Shown piece by piece: positions 46,013 through 55,841 of a stretch of 64,000 nt of DNA. The notes beneath the pieces are model-generated. The model was given only the letters and a program-made list of their open reading frames with translations, was not told the origin of the DNA and did no database searches. Each line of letters starts with the position of its first letter. Positions within the stretch are counted from its first letter, which is position 1. The position numbers and the translations under genes were made by a program. Source of the stretch: a bacterium (GTDB lineage Bacteria > Pseudomonadota > Alphaproteobacteria > Acetobacterales > Acetobacteraceae); NCBI GenBank assembly GCA_026224825.1, contig JAMFRO010000093.1, positions 4,946-68,945 of the forward strand, read 5' to 3'.

Positions 46013-46594
46013 TTAATTGGCCAGCATCACCCTGGCGTGGATGCTCAGCACCACGGCGTCGTTCACGGTTAACTGGTCGGAGATCATGCCGAAGGCAGAG
46101 CGTTGCAGTGTGCCGGTAACGTAGACATCCGCCGTGCCGGCGTTTTGCGAGCCTGGAGCGGCGCTGAGCAATGTGGCGACCATCATCTGCGGCCTGGTCA
46201 CGCCGCGGATGGTGAGCTCGCCCAGTATATCGTACTGGCCCGGGGTGCTGCCTGGTTTGGTCGAGATGCTATGGAAGCGGATCTGCGGAAAATCCTGGGA
46301 GTCGAAGTAATCCTGGGACTCCAGCATCCGCGCGCCGGGCTGCCATGAGAGTGTTATGCTCCGGTCATCCAGCGTCACATCCATGGTGCTGTTCTGCGGC
46401 GCCTGGAAATCCAGCGTCATCCTGCCGCAGAATTTCTGGAAATAGCCTTGGGTGTTGAACAGGCCGGAGGTGGTGAAGCCGATGGTGGCGTAGCGCTGGT
46501 CCAGCACATATGCCACGGGGGCGGCGTGTGCCTGGGCGCTGAGCGGCAGGGCCAGACATATGCCGACGCACCACCGACATATCATCGGGGCCAT
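46013..46594 (-). CDS. YceI-family periplasmic (polyisoprenoid-binding) protein
   Basis: Signal peptide MAPMICRWCVGICLALPLSAQA, then a YceI-like core (IGFTTSGLFNTQGYF..., DYFDSQDFPQIRFHS, GELTIRGVTRP). Confidence 0.75.
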   Translation of the reverse strand: MAPMICRWCVGICLALPLSAQAHAAPVAYVLDQRYATIGFTTSGLFNTQGYFQKFCGRMTLDFQAPQNSTMDVTLDDRSITLSWQPGARMLESQDYFDSQDFPQIRFHSISTKPGSTPGQYDILGELTIRGVTRPQMMVATLLSAAPGSQNAGTADVYVTGTLQRSAFGMISDQLTVNDAVVLSIHARVMLAN

Positions 46595-46707
46595 TCCGCC
46601 ACGCTCCTCCATACCCGGCATAATGTCGGATTTGCCATCAGCCAGCCATGGAAGCCGTAACCGGCGCAATCAAATTCGCCGGGTATGACCATAAATTAAC
46701 GGAAGCC

Positions 46708-47592
46708 TCAGAGCACCCGCCCGGCCACGGCTTGGAGCTTTTTCAGCACTTCCGGGTCGCGCGCCTCGGGGGCGGTGATCAACGCGTATGTGAGTGCGGT
46801 ATCGCAGCCGGCATGGCACACAGGGCGGGGTGCTGCCAGACGCGGCAGCACGTTTTTCACCAGGTTGCGCGCCTTATCGGCATTGCCCAGCAGCACTTTT
46901 ATCACCTGGTCCACGGTCACCGCGTCATGGTCCTCGTGCCAGCAATCGTAATCCGTCACCATCGCCACGGAGGCGTAATCAATCTCCGCCTCGCGCGCCA
47001 GCTTGGCCTCCGGCATATTGGTCATGCCGATCACCGAGCAGCCCCAGCTACGGTACAGATTGCTCTCGGCCAAAGTCGAGAACTGCGGCCCCTCCATCAC
47101 GAGATACGTGCCGCCCCGCGTATGCGGCAGGCCAAGTGTCTTCAAACTTTCCTCCAGCGCATCGCCCAGGCGCGGGCAGGTGGGGTGCGCCATGGACACA
47201 TGCGCCACCAAGCCCGGCCCGAAGAAGCTCTTCTCCCGCGCAAAGCTGCGGTCGATAAACTGATCCACGATCACGAAATGCCCCGGCGGCAACTCCTCTT
47301 TCAGCGAACCCACGGCCGACATGGAGAGAATATCCGTCACCCCCAGCCGCTTCAGCGCATCAATATTGGCGCGGTAATTCAGCGAGGAAGGAGAGAGTTT
47401 ATGGCCCCGCCCATGGCGCGGCAGAAACACCACTTTCAGCCCCTCATAATTGCCGGTCAGCAACTCGTCAGACGGATCACCCCAGGGCGTTTCCACCTTC
47501 ACCCATTTGGTGTCGGTCAGCCCCTCGATATTATACAGCCCCGACCCGCCAATGACGCCGATAACCGGCTGCTTCGCTTCGCTCATGTCCAA
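46708..47592 (-). CDS. mtnP: S-methyl-5'-thioadenosine phosphorylase
   Basis: VIGVIGGSGLY N-terminus, FLPRHGRGH, MEGPQFST, and GMTNMPEAKLAREAEI. Confidence 0.85.
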   Translation of the reverse strand: MDMSEAKQPVIGVIGGSGLYNIEGLTDTKWVKVETPWGDPSDELLTGNYEGLKVVFLPRHGRGHKLSPSSLNYRANIDALKRLGVTDILSMSAVGSLKEELPPGHFVIVDQFIDRSFAREKSFFGPGLVAHVSMAHPTCPRLGDALEESLKTLGLPHTRGGTYLVMEGPQFSTLAESNLYRSWGCSVIGMTNMPEAKLAREAEIDYASVAMVTDYDCWHEDHDAVTVDQVIKVLLGNADKARNLVKNVLPRLAAPRPVCHAGCDTALTYALITAPEARDPEVLKKLQAVAGRVL

Positions 47593-47704
47593 GCTCCCTG
47601 CTTCAATCCAGATAAAAATCTGGCCCCGCTTTACGGTTTTTCCCCCCGCTTGGCCATGCCCTCAAGCTGGCCTATGCTCTTGTTGCAAAACCAGGAGGAC
47701 TGAC

Positions 47705-48340
47705 ATGCGTTGCCTCATCCCCGCCTTGGCTGCCACGCTTCTCGCCGCACCGGCTCTTGTTTTTACCGCCGTCCCGGCGAGCGCGGACTCCATGCCCAAC
47801 CTCATCCCCGTCCATGATGTCAGCGGCAGCTATATCGCCACCGGCAAGGACGGGCCGAGAACCATAGCGGTGGAGTACAGCAAATCCGCCAATGTGCTGC
47901 GTGTTACCGTGGCGGCCGGGCAGGGCTATCTGCTGTATGATTTCGGGGCCAAGGACGCCAAGATGGTGCTGCCGCAGATGCAGCGCTATATGGACCAGCC
48001 CTCGGTCGCCAGCCGCGCCCAGATGCTGCAGGGCGGGACCAAGGGCGATGATGTCAGCATCGCCAAGGGCGGGGTGGAAACCATCGCCGGCCATGAGTGC
48101 ACGGATTACAACGCCACCGATAAAACCAAGGGCACCGGCTCTACTTTATGCGTCACCGATGACAGCGTGCTGCTGAAGCTCACCTCCTCCGATGGCGACA
48201 GCATCGTGGCGCAGAGCATCTCCTATACCACCGTGCCCACGGCCGATGTCGCGGTCCCGCCCGGCTATTCGCAATTCGTCATGCCGCAAATGCCACCCGG
48301 TATGGGCAACATGCCCATGCCGGGTGCCCCGAGCCAATAG
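47705..48340 (+). CDS. hypothetical secreted protein
   Basis: Start at MRCLIPALAATLLAAPALVFTAVPASA (signal peptide). C-terminal Pro/Met-rich tail PQMPPGMGNMPMPGAP. Confidence 0.55.
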   Translation: MRCLIPALAATLLAAPALVFTAVPASADSMPNLIPVHDVSGSYIATGKDGPRTIAVEYSKSANVLRVTVAAGQGYLLYDFGAKDAKMVLPQMQRYMDQPSVASRAQMLQGGTKGDDVSIAKGGVETIAGHECTDYNATDKTKGTGSTLCVTDDSVLLKLTSSDGDSIVAQSISYTTVPTADVAVPPGYSQFVMPQMPPGMGNMPMPGAPSQ

Positions 48341-48432
48341 TTTTTTAGAAGCCGTTCTGGTGAGTCGTATCTGGTGAGTTTCGAGCACCGGAGCGCAGAA
48401 AATCGCCGCTAGACGGCCGCCAGAACGGCTTT

Positions 48433-49761
48433 CTAAGCGATGGACTCGCCGTGCAGCGCCTCATCGAGCCCTTGCCGTTCCTCATCGCGCGTCACCCGCA
48501 GGCCGATTGTGCGGTCGATCAAGAACAGGATCGCTGCTGTTACGGTGCCGCAGTAGAGGATGGTGGCACCTACGCCGAGCGCCTGGATGGCGAGCTGGTG
48601 CCAGCCGGCGTGCACTGCCCCGCCTGAGAGCGGAGCGAAGGCCAGCACGCCGGTGGCGAGCGTGCCGAGGATACCGGCCACGCCGTGAATGCCGAAAGCG
48701 TCGAGCGAATCATCATAGCCGAGTTTGGTTTTGGCGATGGTGACGGCAGCGTAGGCGACCAGCCCGGCCGCCAACCCCAGCAGCAGCGCCGCCCCCGGCA
48801 GCACGAAGCCGGCCGCGGGCGTTACCGCCACCAGCCCCGCCACCGTACCGGAGATCGCCCCCAGCACTGTCGGCTTGCCGCTCACCGCCCATTCAATCGC
48901 GCACCAGGAGAGTGTGGCCCCGGCCGCGGCCATTTGCGTTACCAGCACCGCCATGCCGGCATTGGCATTGGCCCCGCCGGCGCCGCCGGAGTTGAACCCG
49001 AGCCAGCCGACCCACAGCAGCGAGGCGCCCATCACGGCGTAGGAGAGGTTCCACGGCATCATATTATCATGCCCAAACCCCAGCCTTTTGCCGAGATAAA
49101 CCGCGCAGATGAGCCCCGCGATGCCTGAGTTCACCTCCACCACCGTACCGCCCGCGTAATCCGCCAGCCCCAGATGATACAGCCATCCCGCCGGGCTCCA
49201 CACCCAATGCGCGATCGGCGCGTACACCAGGATCGACCAGATCCCCATGAACACCAGCAGCGCCGAGAACTTCATCCGCTCCGCGAAACTCCCGGTGATG
49301 ACAGCCGGCGTGATCACCGCGAAGGTGAGCTGGAACATGATGAACACGCTCTCCGGCACATGCATCTGCACCGCATTCTGCAGCCCAGCACCGAGCGTAA
49401 ACGGCGCATTCCAATCCTGCGCCAGCGAGCCCAGCATGGCGTCAGACACCCCGCCGATGAAGAAATTGCCATTGGAAAACACCAGGCTGTAGCCGATCAT
49501 CATCCACAGCACCGAGACCAGCGCGCAGATCACCACGCTCTGCATCATCATGGCCAGCACGTTCTTCTTGCGCACCATGCCGCCGTAAAACAGCACCAGC
49601 CCCGGAATGGTCATCAGGAGAACGAGAACCGAGCTGACCAGCATCCAGGCGGTGTCGCCCGAATTTAGCCCAACATCTGCCGCTTTTGCAGGCAGACAAA
49701 AACCCAACATCGGGAGCACCATTGCCCCCGTGACCCAAAAACGCCGCGCCATTGCGACCAA
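48433..49761 (-). CDS. amtB: ammonium transporter
   Basis: Amt signature blocks DTAWMLVSSVLVLLMTIPGLVLFYGGMVRKKN, DYAGGTVVEVNSG, and HGVAGILGTLATG. Confidence 0.9.
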   Translation of the reverse strand: MVAMARRFWVTGAMVLPMLGFCLPAKAADVGLNSGDTAWMLVSSVLVLLMTIPGLVLFYGGMVRKKNVLAMMMQSVVICALVSVLWMMIGYSLVFSNGNFFIGGVSDAMLGSLAQDWNAPFTLGAGLQNAVQMHVPESVFIMFQLTFAVITPAVITGSFAERMKFSALLVFMGIWSILVYAPIAHWVWSPAGWLYHLGLADYAGGTVVEVNSGIAGLICAVYLGKRLGFGHDNMMPWNLSYAVMGASLLWVGWLGFNSGGAGGANANAGMAVLVTQMAAAGATLSWCAIEWAVSGKPTVLGAISGTVAGLVAVTPAAGFVLPGAALLLGLAAGLVAYAAVTIAKTKLGYDDSLDAFGIHGVAGILGTLATGVLAFAPLSGGAVHAGWHQLAIQALGVGATILYCGTVTAAILFLIDRTIGLRVTRDEERQGLDEALHGESIA

Positions 49762-49796
49762 CCCCTTATATAAACCCCGCCCGTTTGCCGGTGCGG

Positions 49797-50795
49797 TTAA
49801 CCATGTGACGGCGCTATGACAGCAGGAAGCGTGCCATGGCTCACGTGGTCCAGCCGCGCCCGCGCCGCCGCATACTCCGCCGCAAACCGCGCCACACGCT
49901 CAGCCACCGGCACCACCGCATCCACGGCCCCAATTCCCTGCCCGGCGCCCCAAATATCCCGCCAGGCCTTCGCCACCATCGCATCATCAAACTTCAGCGA
50001 ACGGTGATCCCCCTCCGGCAGATTCTCCGGGTCCAGCCCGCTGGCGATGATGGAGCCGCGCAGATAATTGCCATGCACCCCGGTAAAATAGCTGGAATAC
50101 ACAATGTCCCCGGACACCCCATCCACCACCGCCTGCTTATACGCCTCCAGCGCATGGGCCTCCGCCGTGGCAATGAACGCACTGCCGATATAGGCGAAAT
50201 CCGCCCCCATCGCCTGCGCCGCCAGAATACCCGCCCCGGTGCCAATCGCCCCCGCCAGCGCCAGCGGGCCGGTGAACCACTGCCGTATCTCCTGCACCAG
50301 CGCGAAAGGTGAAAGCCGCCCCGCATGCCCGCCGGCACCCACCGCCACGGCGATCAGCCCATCGGCCCCTTTTTCCACCGCCTTGCGGGCAAATCCATTG
50401 TCGATGACATCATGCAGCGTAATCCCGCCCCAGCCATGCACCGCGTCATTCAGCTCCGCCTGCGCCCCCAGCGAGGTGATAACCACCGGCACCTTCCACT
50501 TGGCACAAGTCGCCAGATCCGCCTCCAGCCTGGCATTGGAGCGATGCACGATCTGGTTAACCGCATAAGGTGCCGCCGGACGCTCCGGGTTCGCCCGGTC
50601 CCACCCCGCCAGCGCCTCCGTAATCTGGTGCAGCCACTCATCCAGCAGGCTCTGCGGCCGCGCGTTCAGGGCAGGGAAGGAGCCCACAATCCCCGCCTGG
50701 CACTGGGCGATCACCAGCTCCGGCCCGGAGACAATGAACATCGGCGAGCCGATAACCGGCAGGCGCAGGCGGTCGAACACATGAGGCAGGGTCAC
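49797..50795 (-). CDS. nitronate monooxygenase (NMO/2-nitropropane dioxygenase family)
   Basis: RLPVIGSPMFIVSGPELVIAQCQAGIVGSFPALN and GAGGHAG blocks. GTG start at 50795, preceded by AAGGAG. Confidence 0.8.
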   Translation of the reverse strand: MTLPHVFDRLRLPVIGSPMFIVSGPELVIAQCQAGIVGSFPALNARPQSLLDEWLHQITEALAGWDRANPERPAAPYAVNQIVHRSNARLEADLATCAKWKVPVVITSLGAQAELNDAVHGWGGITLHDVIDNGFARKAVEKGADGLIAVAVGAGGHAGRLSPFALVQEIRQWFTGPLALAGAIGTGAGILAAQAMGADFAYIGSAFIATAEAHALEAYKQAVVDGVSGDIVYSSYFTGVHGNYLRGSIIASGLDPENLPEGDHRSLKFDDAMVAKAWRDIWGAGQGIGAVDAVVPVAERVARFAAEYAAARARLDHVSHGTLPAVIAPSHG

Positions 50796-50805
50796 GGCGT
50801 CTCCT

Positions 50806-50835
50806 TGGCGTGCATTGTCGTGGCGTGCATTGTCA
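50806..50835. repeat. 2 x 15-bp tandem direct repeat TGGCGTGCATTGTC(G/A)
   Basis: Read directly in the divergent NMO / enoyl-CoA hydratase control region. Confidence 0.8.
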
Positions 50836-50889
50836 TATTCCTTGCCTTGCCTATAACACCTCAACCATTAGTTCTACACAGGGGCGGAC

Positions 50890-51648
50890 ATGGCTGAGCA
50901 CATCAGAACCGATAAAACCGGCCACATCCTCACCCTCACCATCAGCCGGGAGCAAAAACGCAACGCGCTGAACGACGCGATGTACGCCACCCTGGCCGAT
51001 GCGCTGGAAGCCGCCGAGACCGACCCGGACATACGCGTGGTGTTGCTGCTGGCGGATGGCGAAAGTTTTACCGCCGGCAACGACATCGCCGAGTTCGCCA
51101 CCCCCGGCGCCTCTCCCGTAAATGTCTTCCGCTTCCTGCAAGCGCTGGCCCGCGCCACCAAACCGCTGCTGGCCGCCGTACAGGGCAAGGCGGTCGGCAT
51201 CGGCACCACGCTGCTATTGCATTGCGACTATGTGGTACTCGCCGAGGACGCAGTGCTGATCACGCCTTTCGTCAATCTCGGCCTGGTGCCCGAAGCCGGC
51301 TCCAGCCTGCTGCTGCCAGCCCGCATCGGCCACGCCCGCGCCTACGCGATGTTCGCCTTGGGTGAGCCCGTAGCAGCCCCGCAGGCATTCGCCTGGGGCC
51401 TGGCCAATAAAATCGTCCCCAATGCCGAGCTGGGACCAACCATTGCAGCAGTGGCACACCGCCTGGCCGCTCTACCGCCCGATGCCCTGCGCGCCACCAA
51501 ACAACTAATGCGCCAGGCCGCGCGGATCACCGCCCAAATAGACACCGAAAACAAACTATTCCTGGAGCGCCTGGCCTCGGCCGAAGCCCGCGAGGCGTTC
51601 AGCGCATTTTTCGAACGCCGCGCCCCGGATTTCTCCAAAAAAGCTTGA
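50890..51648 (+). CDS. enoyl-CoA hydratase/isomerase family protein
   Basis: Crotonase blocks LTISREQKRNAL, VVLLLADGESFTAGNDI and AAVQGKAVGIGTTLLLHCD. Confidence 0.8.
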   Translation: MAEHIRTDKTGHILTLTISREQKRNALNDAMYATLADALEAAETDPDIRVVLLLADGESFTAGNDIAEFATPGASPVNVFRFLQALARATKPLLAAVQGKAVGIGTTLLLHCDYVVLAEDAVLITPFVNLGLVPEAGSSLLLPARIGHARAYAMFALGEPVAAPQAFAWGLANKIVPNAELGPTIAAVAHRLAALPPDALRATKQLMRQAARITAQIDTENKLFLERLASAEAREAFSAFFERRAPDFSKKA

Positions 51649-51654
51649 GGACAT

Positions 51655-52062
51655 ATGCCCAGAACCCTGCCATCACCCACGCCAGAAACCCAGCATTTCT
51701 GGGATGGCTGCAAGGCCGGTGAACTGCTGCTCCAGCGCTGCATCCCCTGCGAAAAAAGCTATTTCCCCCCGCGCCCTTTCTGCCCGCATTGCGCCAGCCG
51801 CGTGGTGGAAATCTACCCCGCCAGCGGCCAGGCCACGCTGTATTCCTACATCATCAACCACCGCCCGCGCCCCGATATCGGCACCGAACCGCACGCCATC
51901 GCCGTCGTCACCCTGGCGGAAGGGCCGCGCATGATGACCAACATCATCAACTGCCCGCAAACCCCCGAAGCTTTGGTGTTGGACATGCCCCTGCACGTGG
52001 TTTTTGCCCCGCAGAACGATGACATCACGCTCCCCTTTTTCGCGCCGGTGGACGCACCATGA
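51655..52062 (+). CDS. Zn-ribbon/OB-fold protein (DUF35 family)
   Basis: CIPCEKSYFPPRPFCPHCAS rubredoxin-like knuckle followed by an OB fold. Typical partner of SCP-x type thiolases. 4-nt overlap with the next gene. Confidence 0.7.
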   Translation: MPRTLPSPTPETQHFWDGCKAGELLLQRCIPCEKSYFPPRPFCPHCASRVVEIYPASGQATLYSYIINHRPRPDIGTEPHAIAVVTLAEGPRMMTNIINCPQTPEALVLDMPLHVVFAPQNDDITLPFFAPVDAP

Positions 52063-53198
52063 AGCCCGGCCAGATCGCCGTCGTCGGCGCCGCCGAAACC
52101 ACAAAGCTTGGGCTAATACCTGAACTTTCCGCCCTCGGCCTCAACCTGGACGCCGCCCTGAACGCGCTGGCCGATGCCGCCCTGAAACCCGCGGATATAG
52201 ACGGCGTGGCCGGTGTCGGCGACCAACCAGGCTGGGTCGCCTCCCAACTCGGCATCGTGCCGAAATGGATCGATTCCACCAATGTCGGCGGCTGCTCCTT
52301 CATGCTGCACGTCCGCCACGCCGCCGCCGCCATCGCCGCCGGCTATTGCACCAACGTGCTCATCACCCACGGCGAATCCGGCCGCAGCCAGATCGCCCCC
52401 GCCCGCTACGCCGCCCAACCCGCCTCGCTCTCCGGGCAGTTCGAGGCCCCCTACGGCACCTACGCCGCCTTCACCATGTTCACCATCCCGGTGCTGCGCT
52501 ACTTAAAAGACCGAGGCGCCACCAGAGAAGATCTCGCCCGCGTCGCGGTGGTACAGCGCCAATGGGCCGCCCTAAACCCCCGCGCCACTCTGCGCACACC
52601 CACCAGCGTGGACGAGGTAATGAACGCCCCCCTCATCGCCTATCCCTTCACCAAACCAATGTGCTGCCTGGTCACCGATGGCGGCGGCGCACTCATCCTC
52701 ACCACCGCCGAACGCGCCAAGGATTTCCCCACAAAACCCGTCTACATCCTAGGCTCCGGCGAAAGCACCGAATGCCCCATGATCAGCGTGATGGAAGATT
52801 TCACCACCTCCCGCGCCTTCCGAATCTCCGGCAAAGCCGCCTTCGCATCCTCCGGCATCACGCACGCGGACGTCGATCACCTCATGATCTACGACGCCTT
52901 CGCCCATCTCCCCTTATACGGTCTGGAAGATCTCGGATTCTGCGCCCCCGGCGAAGCCAAACACTTCTTCCGCGAAGCCCGCACCGCCCCCGGCGGCAGC
53001 CTGCCCATGAACACCAACGGCGGCGGCCTCTCCTACATGCATTCCGGCATGTACGGCATGTACGCGCTGCAGGAGAGCGTGCGGCAATTACGCGGTACCG
53101 CCGCCGCCCAGGTGCCGGACGCCAAAATCTCCCTCTGCCACGGCGTCGGCGGCATGTTCAGCGCCGCCGGCACCATCGTGTTTTCCAATCAGGCCTGA
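52059..53198 (+). CDS. thiolase-like lipid-transfer protein (SCP-x type)
   Basis: Thiolase fold blocks (NVGGCSFMLHV, NTNGGGLSYMHSGMYGM, CHGVGGMFSAAGT). Paired with the DUF35 gene. Confidence 0.8.
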   Translation: MKPGQIAVVGAAETTKLGLIPELSALGLNLDAALNALADAALKPADIDGVAGVGDQPGWVASQLGIVPKWIDSTNVGGCSFMLHVRHAAAAIAAGYCTNVLITHGESGRSQIAPARYAAQPASLSGQFEAPYGTYAAFTMFTIPVLRYLKDRGATREDLARVAVVQRQWAALNPRATLRTPTSVDEVMNAPLIAYPFTKPMCCLVTDGGGALILTTAERAKDFPTKPVYILGSGESTECPMISVMEDFTTSRAFRISGKAAFASSGITHADVDHLMIYDAFAHLPLYGLEDLGFCAPGEAKHFFREARTAPGGSLPMNTNGGGLSYMHSGMYGMYALQESVRQLRGTAAAQVPDAKISLCHGVGGMFSAAGTIVFSNQA

Positions 53199-53295
53199 TC
53201 CGTTTGTCCCGGAAATTTGACATATTCGGTGATTGTCGAATATAGCCTGGCGGAGGCGCAAAAAATCAATCCGCGCCAGGTGGGAAGGACCAAAA

Positions 53296-54471
53296 ATGCT
53301 GGACGCAGATGCCATCATAGAAGCGGCCGAAACCCATGTCGGCATCACCGATACCGACCCCAATGTGCGGGAAAACCTCAGGCATCTGGTCGACTCCCTA
53401 AACCGCGAGGGCGGCCTCTCGCCAGCGGGCGAAGCCATGGCCACAAGGCAGTTCTCCTTCGACACCGTAAACCGGCTGGAGGGCCTGAAATGGACCCAAA
53501 CCCACCCGGAAATCGGCGCGGAAATAATCGAAACGCCGGTCTTCCTCATGGGCCTGCCGCGCTCCGGCACCACCTATTTCCAGTATCTGTTCGACCGCGA
53601 TGAACGCTTCCGCCTGATCCGCACCTGGGAAACATCCGCCCCCAACCCGCCGCCAGGTTTCGACCCCGCATCCGCGCGCCAACGCAAAGCCGAATGGGCC
53701 GAACGCCGCCGGCGCGACCACCCAACATTCGAAGGCTTCGACGCGCTACATCTCTACGATGAAGACGGCTCAGACGAATGCCACGCCTTCCTCGAACAAA
53801 GCTTCGGCGCCGCCGGCCTGCACAACCTCTTCCGCGTGCCCGCGTATTTCGATTTTCTCCTGGACGGGCTTGACCTCGTTGAAACCTACCGCATCCACAA
53901 ACGCCAGTTGCAACTGCTGCAATGGAAATCGCCCCGCAAACCCTGGGCGCTGAAATACCCCAACCACGTCATCGCCATGCCCGAAATTCTCACGGTCTAT
54001 CCCGACGCGCATTTCGTGACGACGCATCGCGACCCCGTGCAGACCCTGGCCTCGATCGCGAAACTGACCTTCAATCTGCGCGGCGTGCGTACAGGCGGCC
54101 AAGTAAACCCCGCCGATGTAGGGCGCGACATGCTGCATTTCATCCAGCGCCATATCGACCGCATCATGGAATTCGACCGCAATGCCGCAGGTGCCAAAGT
54201 CGTGCATGTCGATTACTACGCGTTGATCGACAATCCAGTCGCCGAGATGCGCAAAATCCACGCCGGCATCGGCATCGCCACACCGGATAGCATCGCGGAA
54301 TCCGTAAGCGCCTGGCACCGCGCCAACCCCAAAAACGCGCGCGGCAAAAACGACTACACGCTGGAGCAATGGGGGCTGGTGGACGCAGCCGTCGCCGAAC
54401 AATTCAGCGCCTACATCCGCCGCTTCAGCATCCCCCGCGAGCGCGACGGCCTGGCAAGGAGTGCAGCATGA
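53296..54471 (+). CDS. sulfotransferase family protein
   Basis: 5'-PSB-type loop FLMGLPRSGTTYFQYL and 3'-PB-type region (FVTTHRDPVQTLAS). ATG at 53296 preceded by GGAAGGA. Confidence 0.7.
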   Translation: MLDADAIIEAAETHVGITDTDPNVRENLRHLVDSLNREGGLSPAGEAMATRQFSFDTVNRLEGLKWTQTHPEIGAEIIETPVFLMGLPRSGTTYFQYLFDRDERFRLIRTWETSAPNPPPGFDPASARQRKAEWAERRRRDHPTFEGFDALHLYDEDGSDECHAFLEQSFGAAGLHNLFRVPAYFDFLLDGLDLVETYRIHKRQLQLLQWKSPRKPWALKYPNHVIAMPEILTVYPDAHFVTTHRDPVQTLASIAKLTFNLRGVRTGGQVNPADVGRDMLHFIQRHIDRIMEFDRNAAGAKVVHVDYYALIDNPVAEMRKIHAGIGIATPDSIAESVSAWHRANPKNARGKNDYTLEQWGLVDAAVAEQFSAYIRRFSIPRERDGLARSAA

Positions 54472-54776
54472 TGGAAGCCCTGAACGCCGCCGTGGCCAAA
54501 GCACAGGCGGACATCGCCGCCGCCGCCGCCGATGCTGCCAGCCAGCGCCCCGCCAAGCACGATCACCGGCAGGACAATCGCACTGATTCTGGCCGGAGCT
54601 GCGGTCTTGGGCAACAGCACGCAGCACGCGGAGTCATCGGGTTGCGGCCAGGACGGAGTCACATCGAGCATGGTATTTTACAGTATGTTTGGCCCATAAC
54701 CGGAACAGACTGAAGGTCCAAAAACCGCAGTGGTGCCAAACCTCTACCCGCTCACAACCTCGTCATTGCGCCCCTG

Positions 54777-55765
54777 CTAAAATGGGCAGGGTTCGCACAT
54801 CTGCGGGGGGTCCTTATGGTGCCGGATCAGCCCGTGCTCCGTCAGCAAATATTGCCCTCCCGTGTCGCCCTGGGCCGCCGCCTGTTTCCAGTAGAAGGTG
54901 GCTTTCACGGGGTCCTCCGGCACACCATTGCCGTCCATATACATCTGCCCCAGCTTAACCTCTGCTTCGGTGTAGCCCTGCGCCGCGCTGGCCTGGTAGA
55001 GCCTTACAGCCGCTGCGACATCCGGCGGCCCGTTATCACCATATTCCAGCAGCAGGCCAAGGTAATATTCGGCCATATCGTCATTCTGCGCCACTGCGCG
55101 TTCGAACTGGGCAGCCGCCTTCGCGGGATCACGCGGCATGCCGCGTGCATACATATACATGAGCCCCAGCTCGGTCTCGCCATATTCATTGCCCTGCGCG
55201 GCACTGGCCTGCTCCAGTTTTATCGCGCGTGGCATATCCTGCTTCTCGCCCTTTCCTTCCTCCAGCATGATGCCGAGGTTATTGTCGGCGACATCGTCAT
55301 TATATCTCACCGCGCGCTCAAACAGCGATGCAGCCATCGCGTCATCCTCGGGCACGCCGGTGCCGGTCAAATAAAAATATCCAAGATCCCGTTCCGAGCC
55401 CTGGTCATCCAGCGCCACGGCTTTGGTCTGTACCAAAGGATGCTGACGGCCGCGTCCTTCCGCACGCTTGTCTCACCCGTGAAACTAAGTGGATTATAGA
55501 TCTCACCGTAATGATACATCGCGTATCTATCGCCTGCCTGCGCCCGCGCCAGCAGTGCCGGAAGCTGCGTTGGATCCTGCCCCGCGGCATTGGCCAGCCT
55601 GTAGTCATAGTCCTCCGGCATTGCCCTGGCATAGCTTGCAGGCGCCACCACAGGCCACACGGCGATCACCAAGCGTTCCCGTGTTGCGTACACAACGGCG
55701 CAGAGTGCCAGAATCAGCACCCAGGTAAGTGGCGGTAATGTCCGCTTCCCGCTCAGGCTTCCCAT
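54777..55765 (-). pseudogene. Sel1-repeat (SLR/TPR) protein split by a 1-nt frameshift
   Basis: The upstream ORF (55367..55765) ends ...AMYHYGEIY...KDAAVSILWY, then runs out of frame. The downstream ORF (54777..55436) continues QTKAVALDDQGSERDLGYFYLTGTGVPEDD plus 4 more Sel1 repeats. The repeat consensus is restored if one base is added near 55432. Confidence 0.65.
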
Positions 55766-55791
55766 AGAGAAACGCCCCGCCCAAAAATAGC

Positions 55792-55829
55792 AAAAGTTTT
55801 TTGGTGCCGCTTTTTTTCAAAAAAGCGGC
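55792..55829. repeat. AT-topped hairpin motif (copy 1 of 2)
   Basis: aaaagttttttggtGCCGCTTTTTTtcAAAAAAGCGGC: an 11-bp stem, nearly identical to 59409..59443. Confidence 0.6.
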
Positions 55830-55841
55830 TTACTTCTTACC

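Noticed and set aside
54411-54713. Small ORFs after the sulfotransferase (plus strand MMEALNAAVAKAQ..., and minus strand 54411..54671 with one TM-like segment)
   Set aside because: They mutually overlap and have no family signal. GC3 support is ambiguous on both strands, and the minus ORF would overlap the sulfotransferase 3' end. I cannot decide by eye, so neither is called.
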